Source of the DNA: Fistulifera solaris
Taxonomy: Eukaryota
Assembly (NCBI GenBank): GCA_030295235.1
Contig: AP026126.1
Location: 1,736,001 to 1,800,000 of the forward strand
DNA: 64,000 nucleotides
Direction: 5' to 3'
Part shown: positions 23,137-36,741 of the stretch, one piece after another
Layout of the letters: each line of letters begins with the position of its first letter
Numbering within the stretch: the first letter of the stretch is position 1
Notes under the pieces: generated by a model
Told to the model about the DNA's origin: nothing
Databases searched by the model: none
Seen by the model: only the letters and a program-made list of their open reading frames with translations
Translations under genes and position numbers: made by a program

Positions 23137-25264
23137 ATGTCGCCTCAGTGGGAAGGCGTTTTCGATCATTCGATCGGATCACCGGAGCCTGTCTGGCTGG
23201 CCCGCTGGATCAACAAACCCGGAACAAACAAGTGGCTTCCTTTGTCCCCGGCGGATTGCAATACGCTGAACAAGGGAACGACTGACCCCGTCTTGATTGA
23301 AGGAGGACGATCTACTGTCTCAAATGGACGCATTTTTTATAATTTTGTCCGAGGAGCTGAACGTGAAGTCGATTACGCTACGTGGTTTATTGTTGACGAA
23401 GAGAACGGACCTATTCCAATTTTTGACAAGGGAGATGCAGAACAAATCGAAGCGTTGTATCACGCTGCTAACAAAGCAGATCACATACAAGAAATACTAG
23501 ACAAGGATGTTCTTTTACAGGATGGGCAGTACAAAGCAAAAGTGGTGAAGCTCAACTCCAACGGTACAAAACTAGCAATGCGAAAAGTACCCACGGGCTG
23601 GATAGGAACGCGATATCAGCTTCAGAGAGGCTACGGGGCGTACGATGGTCCTGTCGACTATGACACAATGTTAGGACCGGTTCGGCACTTGGTGTTTGTG
23701 GTACATGGTATCGGTGAACACGTAAGTTATCACTGCGAAGGGTGCTGCTTTTCGCTTTCAAAATCAGCACCTCATCGACGCTTTAGTTCTTTAGTAAGGA
23801 AGACGTCAAATGGCCTTCTATTGTTGAAGCTATGGATAAGATGCGGCGCGGAGTTCAGGAGAAGCAAGTAGAGGGATGGGAAGAATCTAAAGGACCATGT
23901 CCGGATCGTATCGAATTCATTCCGATTGAGTGGTATAACAAGCTTCATGACAGTAGCACGTCTCTCATGCGCTCCCTGCGAGCTACAACGCTGCAAACTA
24001 TCCCTGCTCTCAGATCCATTGCGAATGATGTGATTTTGGATGTATTGCTTTACATGACGCCAGCTTTCTGTGAGGCGACACTCGAGTGCGTCACCTCTCA
24101 ATTAACCGAATTGTATCACAAATTTCTCCACGTGCACCCCGATTTCTTATCCCAAGATGGAACTATTTCTCTTATGGGACACTCCCTCGGTTCTGTCATC
24201 GTATGGGACCTCTTATCGATTCTAAAAGACAAGGAGACCAAAGGAAAGCCTCAATGTCGAACCGAATCGTGTGGTCCCCAGATTCACGGAGTTGCGGTAC
24301 AAAGTGAGGACGGCCAGTCGAATGAGGTGGGTTACCAAGCATACGCAGGTTACGATATTACGATGGATGCTGAAATTCAGATGGGAACATGGGGACCGTC
24401 GTTGACGAAGCCTCTCGACCAAACTATTCCTTTCCGTCCTCATTCCACTATCCTTTTAGGATCTCCACTTGGTCTGTTTCTTACTCTTAGAGGTGCTCAC
24501 CCTGTGTTTGACGCGATCCGGCGGAATCACAAAGTAATTTTGGAGCCCTCAAGCGATGCATCTTGGGAGGGTTTGAAAGTGACATCGGAGATCTCCCCTT
24601 TTTCTTTACCGACCGGCAGCCTTTTCAATATCTTCCATCCCAGTGACCCTGTTGCATATCGCATTGAACCATTACTCCTCCCGGCAGATCTTGATCCAGA
24701 AAATTTGCCTACAGTAAGTTTGCGTTACTTCTATATTCTTTTGTGGTGACATTTGCTGTTATGGCTTATCAACTGACTTATCACTCATCCTGTACGTGTC
24801 TCTTCCCTTAGCCGTTGTATCTAACAGCCCTTGGAAAATCCGTTCGTTTGCACATCAAAGCCAAGCAGTTACATAGTCAACTTCGCAAAAGCGTTTTGGA
24901 CACAAAAATTCGTGGAATGTACTGCTCACCTCTGCTGTTACAGCATTGAAAATCGACAGCACCACTTGTGAGGCTGGAGATAGCGCGCCTAGCAACGGCA
25001 TCCTCTCACAGCCGATTGTCTTTCCTCTCGGGGGCACGAGCAAAAGAATTGATTTTTCGTTACAGCCCGGGGTCATCGACAATGAGTACATAAGGTAAGA
25101 TTGTCAGTACGTGTGAACAATAAATTTTTGTCTATGAATTTCTGACCGACTCCTGAACGCATGTCCAAAGTGCTGTGTTGGCGCACTCTGGTTATTTTAC
25201 TAACTCGGATATTCAAAGCTGGATTGCGTCACTGTTGCAGTCGAGCAGGTCTGCAGAGCATTAA
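23137..25264 (+). CDS. DDHD-domain phospholipase A1 (PA-PLA1/SEC23IP family), multi-exon
   Basis: HLVFVVHGIG, IEFIPIEW, ILDVLLY, GHSLGS lipase motif, NIFHPSDPVAYRIEP and RIDFSL...SAVLAHSGYF. GT donors near 23722, 24714 and 25095. Confidence 0.9.
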
Positions 25265-25283
25265 AGCACACTACCCATCAGTG

Positions 25284-28200
25284 TTAGAAGCTTACAAATC
25301 CGTATCGATCCGATCCCTTGGACATAATTGACTGAGAGCTTCCTCCAATAATACTATCTGCAATGACTTCCGAATCCAAATTAGGGTCGAATTGATTCTG
25401 ACTGTTGGCATCGCCCGATGATCGAAGTCCCTGAATGGCCGATGCATCGGAAGCGAGACAAAGTTCCTTTTCAATCGAAACTACCATGGATCTATAGCCA
25501 CCGCTAGAAAAATAGTTTTCTTGCGTGCATTGCTTTAGCCAGCGGGGAAACCCATTTTGAAGTATCACTTGCAAGTTTGGTTGAAGCGCCTTAACTAAAT
25601 TTGTAAAAGACCGCTGTAATTCACTCTGTACTGCAATAGCGGAGTCGGCACGAACACCTGCAGGAGAGGAGAGATTCGAGTGAACAGAATTTAGATCTTC
25701 TGATAAAACCTTTTTATGGTGACTCTGCGGATTCTGTTTGCTGTTAGAATCTTCCGAGGATTTCGCTGTATGCCTTCGTTGTCCAGTGCTAGAACTACCT
25801 GAAGGCTGTCGAAAATGCGGATCTTGACCTGTTAAAGAGCCCGGTGTCGTAATACCGAATCCTCCCGAACTTGTCGACCCTGTGCGCATGTGCTCTGCTG
25901 AGGACTTGTTATTGGCTTTCGAGATACTTGCAGTTGCAGGAACTTTCTTGTCACTGTCACGGGGTTTCCTCTCCTGAATGATTTCTAGTAGAGCGCTACG
26001 GTTTCGAGCAATTAGAACGTGCAAAAGCTCTAGGAACACCACAATCAGTTTGGCAAACTTAATCTGAAGTTTGTGGATCTCGTCTTCCGTATGTCGATCG
26101 AAGCTGGTAAGGAAAATGGCATCATCATTTTCCTGTTGGGGCTCTGATGTGTTTCGCAGTAGGGAAAGTCCCATTTCTTTGATATGGCTAGAGTGAATAC
26201 TATCCACCACAACCTTTGCTGCTTCTGTGCCGATTCCAGGATCCGCGTTAGTTCCAAGAACGGCCGTGCCGACAGTCGCCGCAGCTGTACTGAATAAGAG
26301 CGAGCACCACTGGCTGACAGCATCAACACCTGCTTCAAGTGGACTTATCGAGTAGACGAGCCGGTGGACGACAGGTTGTCTTGCCACGCATGTCGGAAAG
26401 GGCTGACTAACTTGAAGTTGCGTTACCTTCACACTCTTCTCAACAATGCCGGCGGTTGTCGCTGTTTTCCACCAATCCTTAGAACCTTTGTGTCGGTCCC
26501 GCGGTTGCAGAAAACAAAACCTATCCACGCCGGTCGAGTTACCTTCGCGAGAGCGTGTAACAACTGTATTGTGATTGTGAGCTTGCCCACCTACGCGAAT
26601 CCCAGTAGCTGGGTCGAAGGAGCTGAATACATTTACAGTGAAACTTCGACTATGTTCGCGGTGATGAGGATCGTGCTTGTCTTTGTTTCCAGAATGCTGA
26701 GTACCACAGCGTCGAAAATTTACCTCTCCGCGCAGCAAATGAGTCGGGTTTGCTGAAGCGTCTTCCACGTAGTGATAAAACCACTCCGGTAGGCCTCGTG
26801 CTAGACGTCGCATCGAGAATAATGGCCTCAGAGGCGTTACTTTCACTTTAACTGGAGCGAGTGGCGCTGGTCCAATGCGACCGTAGTTACCAACATTAAA
26901 AATTCCTTCTTCAAGTCTCTCTTCGACTCTTCCGTCTAGTACAAGATGAATTGGAGTGTTTTCCTGTATGATCGATTTCACGGTTTGCTTCAGCTCTGCA
27001 CCAAATTTTGCAAGGCAAAGAGAGCTTTCGGCTCGGTAGACAAACTCCATTCCTGTCAACTCATCTGGCGCTCCGCCATGAAACCACACACGATAAAATC
27101 TACCCAATGTCGACGTTACTTCCTGGGGCACATCTGGGTCTATGGTTGGCACTTGAGTCACGACGGCTCGAGAAAGATTTCCGTATATGCTTTGTAGCTT
27201 GTTGTAATTAAATCTTTCTGCAAAATATTGCGCAGCTAGGTTCCAAGCAAACCTGCTATTATCAATGATACCGGCCTTAAGAAAAAGCTCTCCTGCAGCT
27301 TCGGCTTCCTCGACCATATTTTCTTCCATTTGCTTTAGAGATAGCCATGACTTCACTGAATGATATTCTGATGGCAGGGCAACACCGCAAAACAGAGTTT
27401 TGGTGGAAGCGATGTCCCAGAATGAATTGTTTGCGCCTTCACCGACAGAATTCGCGACTCGATAAAACATTCTTCGAGAAGAAACGTTCCCCATTGTCGG
27501 TCGGCCGAGCAGAGACTCGCCATCATCTAAATCTAGATCTGATTGGTAGTTCTCAGAACCACCGTTTGCATATCCCGGATCTAAAAGGTTCTCGGTCCAA
27601 GGAAGAAAAGGGGTGTTGGTCCAAAGTGAACCGTGTAAAAGAGCTGCCTGAGACAAAGTGATGTAAATTTGAAAGTGACAAGTTGCTTCTTCAGCAAATT
27701 TTTTTCTGTTCGCATGGAGTTCGGCAAGCACTCTCAGCCAAGCACAGCGATGCTCTGGCAACTCCGTAGAAGAAAACACATCCGCAGCATCCAATAACGC
27801 ATCTTCGACAGCTTCGTAATGTGCGACGTCAGAGTTATCTTGTCGGGTCCCCTGGAACCCGAGAAACTGCTTGCTGTGTCCACTGGATGCGTTCACAACT
27901 CGCATTATGCTAATACGAGCCGCTCGGAGTTTGGATTCTGTTTCGAAGTCTAATTCCTCAGTACCGGCTCTGTCGATGTCAATCCGTAGTAGCGACAGAA
28001 CTCGGGTGGCGATGTATGCCCTGTAAAGAATTTTGAGTTTGCCTGCCATGCGAATCAAAGCTTCCCTGAAAGCCACGTTTTGACTAGCTGGTTGAGTTTC
28101 CATTCTGTCCAGTGTACGCCAAAATGGAGCAAGGCTTGCTTCGGCACTGACTGAAGGAAACGGCTCAATGGGAGACTTATTAATTGTAAGACGCTGCTCA

Positions 28201-31200
28201 TGGTAGTAGCGCGACGCCGCAGTGGCAAAGATTCTCTCCATGACCTCAGTTTGAACCGCAAGCAGGGGGAACACGAATTCGGAAGAAACTTCCAAAACAT
28301 TCCCACGTAGTTCTTAGGATTAGTTCGAGCAAATCTGTCGACTCAATTCTCACACTTGCACGTCGAGCGCCACAGTGAAGAAGAATAACTCGCATCCAGT
28401 GTTGCAGTGTTTCTCCAATTGCCTCAAGGAAATTACCTATTCCGAAGATCTTTATCACCTCGGCTAAAAGTGAAAGAGTCCTGATTGTGACGAGATCACT
28501 CTCCTCCAGAGAAAGCGCGTGAAGGTAGACAGAGGTTGACGATCTGACAAAAGCAAAACATCATCGGAAGTCAGTTTGAAGGTGTCATTCTGCGTGGAAT
28601 TCTCCCCTGAATCTGCGCCCGCTTTCGCTTGTCCACTTCTGCTACGGTGGACAGCAGGATTTAAAAGGTGCTGCCTTTTGGCGACTTTCGCATCATTCCA
28701 TACATCTCGAGAATAATGTGATGTACAGAGTTCACGATGACCATGGCTGCATCGTGGCCTTGCCACCGGCGTGCTACAGAGCTTGTAAATACAGGTCCAG
28801 GGGGCTCGTCCCCCTGAACATGGTTACCCCAACTATCAGAATTTGCATTCGAAGTTCGATTCATTGGTGACAACAAATATTCACGACGCCAAATTTCAAC
28901 ATTTTCCTGACCCTGGCTAGTTTCTTCGGGCTCGGCATACTCTTCTCCTTCGTATTCAAGGGTCTTCAATGCTAGATTAAGCATTGTAAACATATCCACA
29001 ATACTGTGTTCGCCCTCATTTACCACTTGATCTTCGCCCCCTTCATGGCTGAGTTCTGGGGAGTCTTTTTCGAAGCCATCAGATATCTTAGCAACGATTT
29101 CGTACTTTGAAGACTGTCCCCTGCCCTGTAGTTTATTACACAGATCTCGATAGTAAGTCCGTAGCAAACCAGGCGTAGCCCATTGAAGCACGTAAACAAA
29201 GCATGGAAGAAGATGTTTTCGCAGTGAATTTTTCGGAGAGAAATTGGACAGATAGCTTCCCTGCATCAAGAGCTTTTCCAAGAGAGTAAAAAACATAGTA
29301 GCGACTGGAGTTCTGATCCCGTTGGAAATACTCTCCTGACTACAACCCCAGATCAATTCATAAAGTAGAGATGCTGCTCGTTGCTGAATGTGTGTCTCGA
29401 CATGCTCCGTCCCTTTCAAACATACATCAACGAGTAATTCAACTAGCCAGTGTGGTCGCATTGAAGGAAAAGCACCGTCGGTACAAGTGATGACACCGAG
29501 GGTCTTGAATTGTGTTACCAAGCTTGAATTGAAAAACTTTTCGTCCATGCTCATAGATGGGATCTCCCACCAGGCTCTCCAATTCAGCATGTAGGGGCTA
29601 TTAATCTTGATAAGATCAACAAAACGAATCAGTGCCGTCGTTGCGTCAAGACGAAGTTTCGTGGTTTCCCATGAGCAGCGAAGACCAACTTTTGAATCTC
29701 TATCTTGGATATTCTCTTTGTCCAAGAATCGTGAAAAATAGGTTAGGATAAGTCTTTGGACACATGATGGTGCAAGATAACTGAACATATCACGCACGAA
29801 GAGAATAATTGATTCATTGACGTCAACACTCGTCTGGCGAAGATCCCACTCGTCAAAATTCCTTTGGTCAAGACATGCGTCAGTCAAAAGCCCTATAATT
29901 TGTTCCAGTGACGCCATTAGCGTCTCATCCAGTATTATCAATGGCGGGGTGGTCCAATCATCTTGCTTTGACAAGATTTCGCGGAATACTGAATGAATTC
30001 GAAAACCAAGGCTCTGCTTAATCACTTCGAGTAACACTGGAGCTCCAGCTACTAGAATGCTACTGGAACCTGAGAGTGGGCGAGGCAACGATTCTTCAGC
30101 ATGCAGTATCGATAATAATGAATTACCATTCTCCTGCGATAGCCCCCCGACAGCAGCCCCAGAGTGCTTTTGCTTGACAAGCAAATACGACCACTGGCAT
30201 ATAAGTATCTCATACACATAAGGAAACCAGCGAGCAGGTTTGTTTGGGTTCTTGCCCATCGCTACCAAACGATCAATGAAGTTCGGAACGGGAATACTCG
30301 AGAGTTCTTCTTTACAAAGCATTGTCATCGTATCTGCCACTTCCCGAGAATCGCCACGTTGCACACGCAACGAATCACCATTTGAACTGGATTTAAGAGC
30401 GTCCACCCCGTTCAAAAGTCCAGTCGATGCTTGACCGACTACGAATCCTGCGGTGATTCCGTGAAGCATTTCGACTAACTTCTTCCGAATTTGTATTGTG
30501 GGAACTAGATATTGATTCAGAGAATTGATGTATGAAGGTTACAAACCCAGCGTGGATCTTACCTAGCTTTGATGTTCTCTCCGAAAGTATCAAGAAAACC
30601 TATATTCAGCTTTTCAAAATCATCATCGCTTGGTGGAAGTGGCATCAAGCCCGCTTCCTTTTCGTTCAAGGAAGACGACGGAGTTACGTTAGGGTCCATG
30701 CCTTCTACCAAGGAGTCTGTTCTTGTCACATGTTTCGAATTTCGCCTAGCTGGGATCCGCATTTGACGCACACCGTGAGCGTGCTTTTGATTTGTAGGGT
30801 TGTTTGCGAGGGAGTTTCTTGTCCCAGCGTCTAAGTCAGCGATCTTGTTGTCTTGAGCTTCCTCCTCAAATTCCGGGTTGTCGTCTTCTCCGTCGTCGGC
30901 TTCTGATATTGTCATCAACGTTCTCGGAGCGGGCAAAGTCATATAACGGCGACTGCCAGTATCAGAAAGACTTGATAAAGCTTGCATCATCGTCATCGAC
31001 GTCCCAGATGTTTTAGTGCTCTGAAGTCTGTCAACATCTTCTTCAGAATTTTCCGCGAGAGAAGCCCGGAGAGCATTCTGAAAATCAACTTTAGAATCGA
31101 TCCTTACGTTAGCACCATAAGCAAATGGCTCATTTGATGTGCCGTCAAAAGGAGTGTCTCGTTCATTCAGTCCACGAACCGGTCCCGCTAAGGCTCCCGC

Positions 31201-34200
31201 CACTGTTGAAAGAAAATCATTATCTCGAAACTCAGATGTTGTGTTGCCTTGTTTAGTACGGTCGGAAAGCTCTAGGCGACTTCGTACATGTCGCCCTCCA
31301 TGAGGTTTTGCTCTCGCCAGAAAACCAAATTGATGATCTCTAGAATCAAGAATTAATGACCAGTTGTCTCGATCAATAGCTTCTTTCGACTGATCACCAA
31401 ACAGATTTTCTTCATCGAATAGTAACGATATCACACGGCCGAGATTAGCTCTATTCCACTTTCGCATACCGTCAGCCTCGGTCACACCGTTTTTTGAGAA
31501 AAAGACGCATGTGCCTTCCAACAAATGCAAAATTGCGGCGAACGAGTGTAGTCTTAAAGGGATTAAGGACGCAGGATTCGACCAAACTAAGCTGGCTTCA
31601 CCATGCCCCAAAGCAAATTGTCGCCACAAGGTCGGCAGCATTCTGAGGATAAAGGGCGAGAATGTTGGCAAAGAGCGATTCATCTTAGAAGATGTGGTCA
31701 AAGTAGAATTCACAAGATGAGTCTCTATTGTGTCATCTTTTTTTGGTACGGCCTCTAGTGCTTTTCTCAAAAGCGATTGCCTGTTGATCTTAATATCCGA
31801 GAGAAATTTTGTCTCCAGTCTATGCATGACGTTATTAGGATAGTCTGATTCCTCGTTTAAAGGTCACTGAGCGCTTCATCTTGTGAATGAAGCGACGTAA
31901 GCGCAACGATACGAACCTTTGAAGTCTGTTTAGAATAGTCTTGTGATCACAACTTTCATATTACTCAGAAAGCACAACTTACCGAGAGAGACATGGGCTC
32001 GTCTTTCGTAACGTTCGCGACGGCAATTGTTGAATCCGCTGGATCTGTAACACGTTCCTTATTTACGAGAGCGATGGGTTCAATATAGCTTTGTCCCGCT
32101 TGTAGAGACTCTGAGCCCGAATGCTGCTTGGCGAGAAGAAGAGTCGTTGTCGAACAGTCCCACTTCTCACAGAACGTCTTCGGAACTGCTTGGGCTTCGT
32201 ATGAGAGCTGCACATCATGGATACCGTTGCTAACTAGGCGACTCTTTTCGGACAAAGGCAGGAAACCGCAAATCATTTGCTCCAGACATGAATGAATTTT
32301 CGCCTCTTTGTTCTCTTTAACACGTGAAAGGGAAGCCACTGCTTCTTTTGTGGGCATCAAGACAGAAGCGTCCCATTTAACATGGTAAACGGTAAAGAAG
32401 AGGGTAAGCGATCGTGTGCACCCATCTTTTCTCTTTTGCGCGAGATCCAGTGGCAATTTCGTCTTGAACTCGTCAATAAAATAATGATGTTCTGTCGTCC
32501 CTTTCCGCGTAGCGCATGTCGTGAATGATTCAGAAATAAGAAATGGACCACGTCTGTGGTTGTGAATCGAAGACCCTCGTTCCGGCAAGTGCGCGAGATA
32601 ACCAAATCCATCCATCCACTCTAATTCGCGAACTTCAACTCCTAGGACTATCATATCCCTGTCACAATTGTGAAGGATGCGGGGTTGAAAAATCAACTCG
32701 TTATAGAATACTGTGTGAAAAAAGGCTCGATGTCCTGACCGGAAAGACGACCTTTCCGAGTCGTGCTACTTTCACCAGTTGTAGGAATCAAACTAAGCGG
32801 GATCGGTGCGAGTTCTTGAGCATATGAATTGGGTTTTGATACGAAGCTACCGTAGCTTTCGACACTGTCACGGCCGCCATCAACCGTCGCTTCAGTAGTA
32901 AGTCCAGGCAATACCTTGGCTGTTCGAACGGTGAAATCCGATGACAAAATCATCGGATTTTCATCTACATCATCACCCTCCCGCTTAACTTGGAGTTCAC
33001 CTGTAAAATCTACAAGTCTATCTCTAGCTAAAGAGCTTTTGTTGTCAACAGCATTCTGTAAGATGGGGCATAAATGAGTAGGCATGCGATTGACTTAACA
33101 GTCAAACAGACTGAACGTACATGGATACCTAGATATCCGAAGTTTCTCATTACTAGCATAGCGCTTCCACCATTGGTCATTAGGGCCGGACCTCCGACTT
33201 GTACTATGCTGGGATTAGCCCTGTGAAGAACAGATAGTTGGGAGAATAAGTATCCTCTTTAGCGAATGAAAATTCAAGCGTGACGTACCTAGGAAATAGC
33301 ATCACCATAATATGCTCAATGATCTGCTTCTCTTCGCCGTTGAACTGAAATAGAGGGATTTGAACAGCTCTACTGACAACAACAGCAGGATTTTCCGCAC
33401 CAAAGACCTGGAGGAGTGGTGCGACCCCAAATGCCAAGGGCACCAAGAGGTGTCCGTGGCTATATGAAGCCCTTTCTGCATTCGAACGTAAATGCTCTAA
33501 ATCTACGGCGTCGGAATTTGGAACCAAATAAGGTTCCAGGTCGAGTACGTCAGCCAGTACTTTGCGAACCATCAACACTGCGTAAAGATTGGAAACATTG
33601 AGATTGGATGGTAGTGGGAAAATACCACAGCGTGTACCTGTGAGCCTGTCGTCTGAGGCGTCCGATACGGAATAAGGCCATAATGCACCGGAGCAACGCG
33701 TAGCAACATTACCGTCTCCAACTACATCAAAGTATAACGCCTCTGTCACTTTTGCACACCTCTGAAGATCAGGAATCGGAGCAGGGGTCGGATCATTTCC
33801 TGGTACATCTGAAATCGTCTCAACGTGATAAATAGCAAGTGAACAAAACAGCGGTTCTATCTCTCCATTGAGGGATGGAAAACCCACAGCTTGAGTGTCT
33901 ATTTGAAGGTAACGGTAACCGTGCGGTCGATCGGAGAGGTATGGAAGACTCTGTTCCACTGGTGTAGCAGCATGGAGATGAGACAAAGGAAGGTTATTTT
34001 CGCGTAGAACATCTGGATTTGGTTCCAATCCAGTGAGAAGGGCTGTATTCCCTTTCTCAACAAGAGATGCTGGAGGTACATGCAGTTGCCTTCCAGCTAC
34101 TTTCTTATCTCTTCGAATAGCGTTCTTTGATTGATTGAACCACCCACATCTTAGTCGCGACTGGCGCCGTTTCATTTTCGGCTCTTTTCGTCTTACATGT

Positions 34201-35922
34201 ACAGGTGACGCCCTGGCTCTTCCTAAATCACTGGAATCGATGCTGCCTATGGTTCTCTTCGTTTGAACAGATGCAGAATCTGAAACTGAAGTTTCTTTTC
34301 GAGTAATGTTACAGGTTTGGCGTAACATCGCTGTTCGAGAGTTCCAACTGTGATTGTCGTCTGAACGCAGAGCAGGATTGGGGCATGCAACCGTACCGAA
34401 AAGGTCAGGGATAACAAAACGCTCAATTGTCTCTTGTGATCTTTTCAACTCGTTTGATCGTACTTGTTCTTCTCGTGTCTCATGAATACCAAGATCGGCC
34501 GAATCCGGTAGAGCCTTGTCATCCGCAGCGAACAATGGCACGCACCCGTTAGTCAATTCATAATTTGACAGCGGTCGAAGTCGAGAACCATCTTCAGGAA
34601 CCTGCTGCGACAGCAACCGTGATGCCTCAATCGGGATATCCGCAGTTCCACCTTCATCCATATCACCCGTTAGCAATGCAATAGCTTTACTCAGGTGATC
34701 ACTGATTCCAACCTGTTTTTTCATTTCGTCTTCATGCAAAGATTCGTCATCACTATCGACCACCCGTCTTGTAAGCGACTGACTTGGACGGAACGAACCA
34801 CTCTTACTTGAAACGAATGTTCCTCCTTCACTTTGCGTCGCCCATAATGAAAACAATTCCATCTCATCTTTTGCAGCCGGATCACTTCCAGGTTCATCTT
34901 CGGTTACGTTGACTTCCTCTTCAGACTGTGGCTGGTCTGCATCCTCAACAATATGTATACTTGATTGACTCTCTGATCTCGAATGCTCTCCGGACCGATT
35001 GGTGGACTCATCATCTTGTCGAAGCCACATGCTGAACAGTTGATTTTCGCTGACAATCTTGTCGGGTATGTTGTCTTCTTCCTCACCTATCACCTGGCTT
35101 TCTCCGACCCTTGGTCGTCTTAGATCCTTTTTGACATTGTGGCTGGAGCAGTAAATGAACGAGAAACAATGGAGGGCTTCCGGACGGGCTCCGGACGGTC
35201 TTTCATGTACGATTTGACACGCTTCGCTCGTTCATCGTGACCCCAAACAGGCTGATACGTGGAGACAAGATCACTGCCAACAAACTCAGGTTCGGTGTCA
35301 TTCGCAGTCTCTTTCATAATGTCGAGACCAAAGCCGAATACTCGAAGTGCCCCCACTACATTCCGAACAGCTGGGGGCAGTTGATTCAAACGCGGCTTGA
35401 TTCCTGGATTTCCCTTTTGAAATTCGTCAATAGCTTCCCGTAGCATATAACGGGCTTCCTTTATGACTCTAGGAGGTACAATGGGACCGAAGAAGAGAGG
35501 CCGATGCATCTCCACTTTTCACAAAACATGGGAATATCGTTTTCTGGCTTGATTCTCTGAGGGTTGCGTTCTGTGGAATTCACGAGTCCTTTCCCATCCG
35601 CAGGGATCTTGGCCTTTGATGATGTCTGCTCTACAACTGGTTCACTCAGAAGTGCAATCGCTGCATTCAAATTCGATTGCTCGGCTTCCAAGCGGTGCTT
35701 GGCATTCGCCCCCGGAGCAGGAAATCGCAAGGACCCGGAGCCGACAGTAGTTGTGTTATCGACAATGGAATCTAAAAATGCGTTGTCTGCGGAAGTCATA
35801 TTGTTCGTTGGTGTATTGTTTCCTGTTATTGCACCTGCAGTAGCAGGCGATTCATCTTTGACACCCACAGCCATCGCGGCAAATTGAATGATCTCCTTCT
35901 TCCGCGTATCCTCTTCTGTCAT
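25284..35922 (-). CDS. Giant DOCK-family (DOCK-C/D-like) GEF-like protein, multi-exon with several frameshifts
   Basis: EIEPLFCSLAIY..KVTEALYFD (DOCK N-terminal region), FIDEFKTKLP..LFFTVYHV (DHR-1 C2), and PEHRCAWL..LAELH..FAEEA, GRFYRVWFHG..EFVYR, PFP...RQPV..SPLE (DHR-2). Spread over consecutive minus-strand ORFs; exact exon boundaries not fully resolved. Confidence 0.8.
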
Positions 35923-36333
35923 AATTGTTACACTCTGTCGGACTTTTTATCTGTATATGAGAAACAGTGAACGAAAAGTCGTTTTTGTGGTACGCTCTAT
36001 TGTAGTTGTTGCTTGTCCATTCACCACAACAACCTCGTTGGACGAAAGAGCACAGCAGTATGCAGTGTGCAGCGTGCACCGCGAAGATCCTTGCTTCTGG
36101 TTAAACGTTTCATGACAGACAGTCAGTCAGTCTTGAAGTCTTCCAGCCTACACTTTGATCGACAATAAACTTTGAAGCCAGCGATAGCGACACCGAACGA
36201 TTGATCGAGCTGTGATTTAATAGTCTAATTGAAAATAAATTCAAGCAGATCCAGCAGAACAGTTGTTTGCGAGAAAGTTACGACACGACAGGGATGTGAA
36301 AAAACACAAGAATGAGGAGTAAACAGTGGTGGC

Positions 36334-36377
36334 TCGTGACTGAAATTAAGTCTTGAAAAGGTCGCCTACCCTTTTAC
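36334..36377 (-). repeat. Dispersed intergenic element, long form, inverted
   Basis: Reverse complement reads GTAAAAGGGTAGGCGACCTTTTCAAGACTTAATTTCAGTCACGA. Confidence 0.65.
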
Positions 36378-36741
36378 TTACAGTATACAACCAGAAGGGG
36401 ACGACAACCTATCGATTTTCGACATCGGTGACCGAGATGTGTGCATTTCAAATAATGTAAAGGAAATTTTTCATGGCAACTGGCAGTGCTGATAGCAACA
36501 CATTTTGGACTTTACCTGGTATGAAAAACAAAAGAGCAACATCCATTGCTCCCTGGCCGTTGTTAGCTGTTTATTAAAATACGAAATGATGTCGCAGCAG
36601 CACTAAGATGCCTTGACTCTACTTAGAAAACAAAAGATTCTGTTCATCTCCGTTCGAACGAAACTCGACGTTGCAATCTCTTTGCAATATGTAATATTCA
36701 TTCACCTCATCTATCGATCTATTTTTCGATTCAAAAATACC

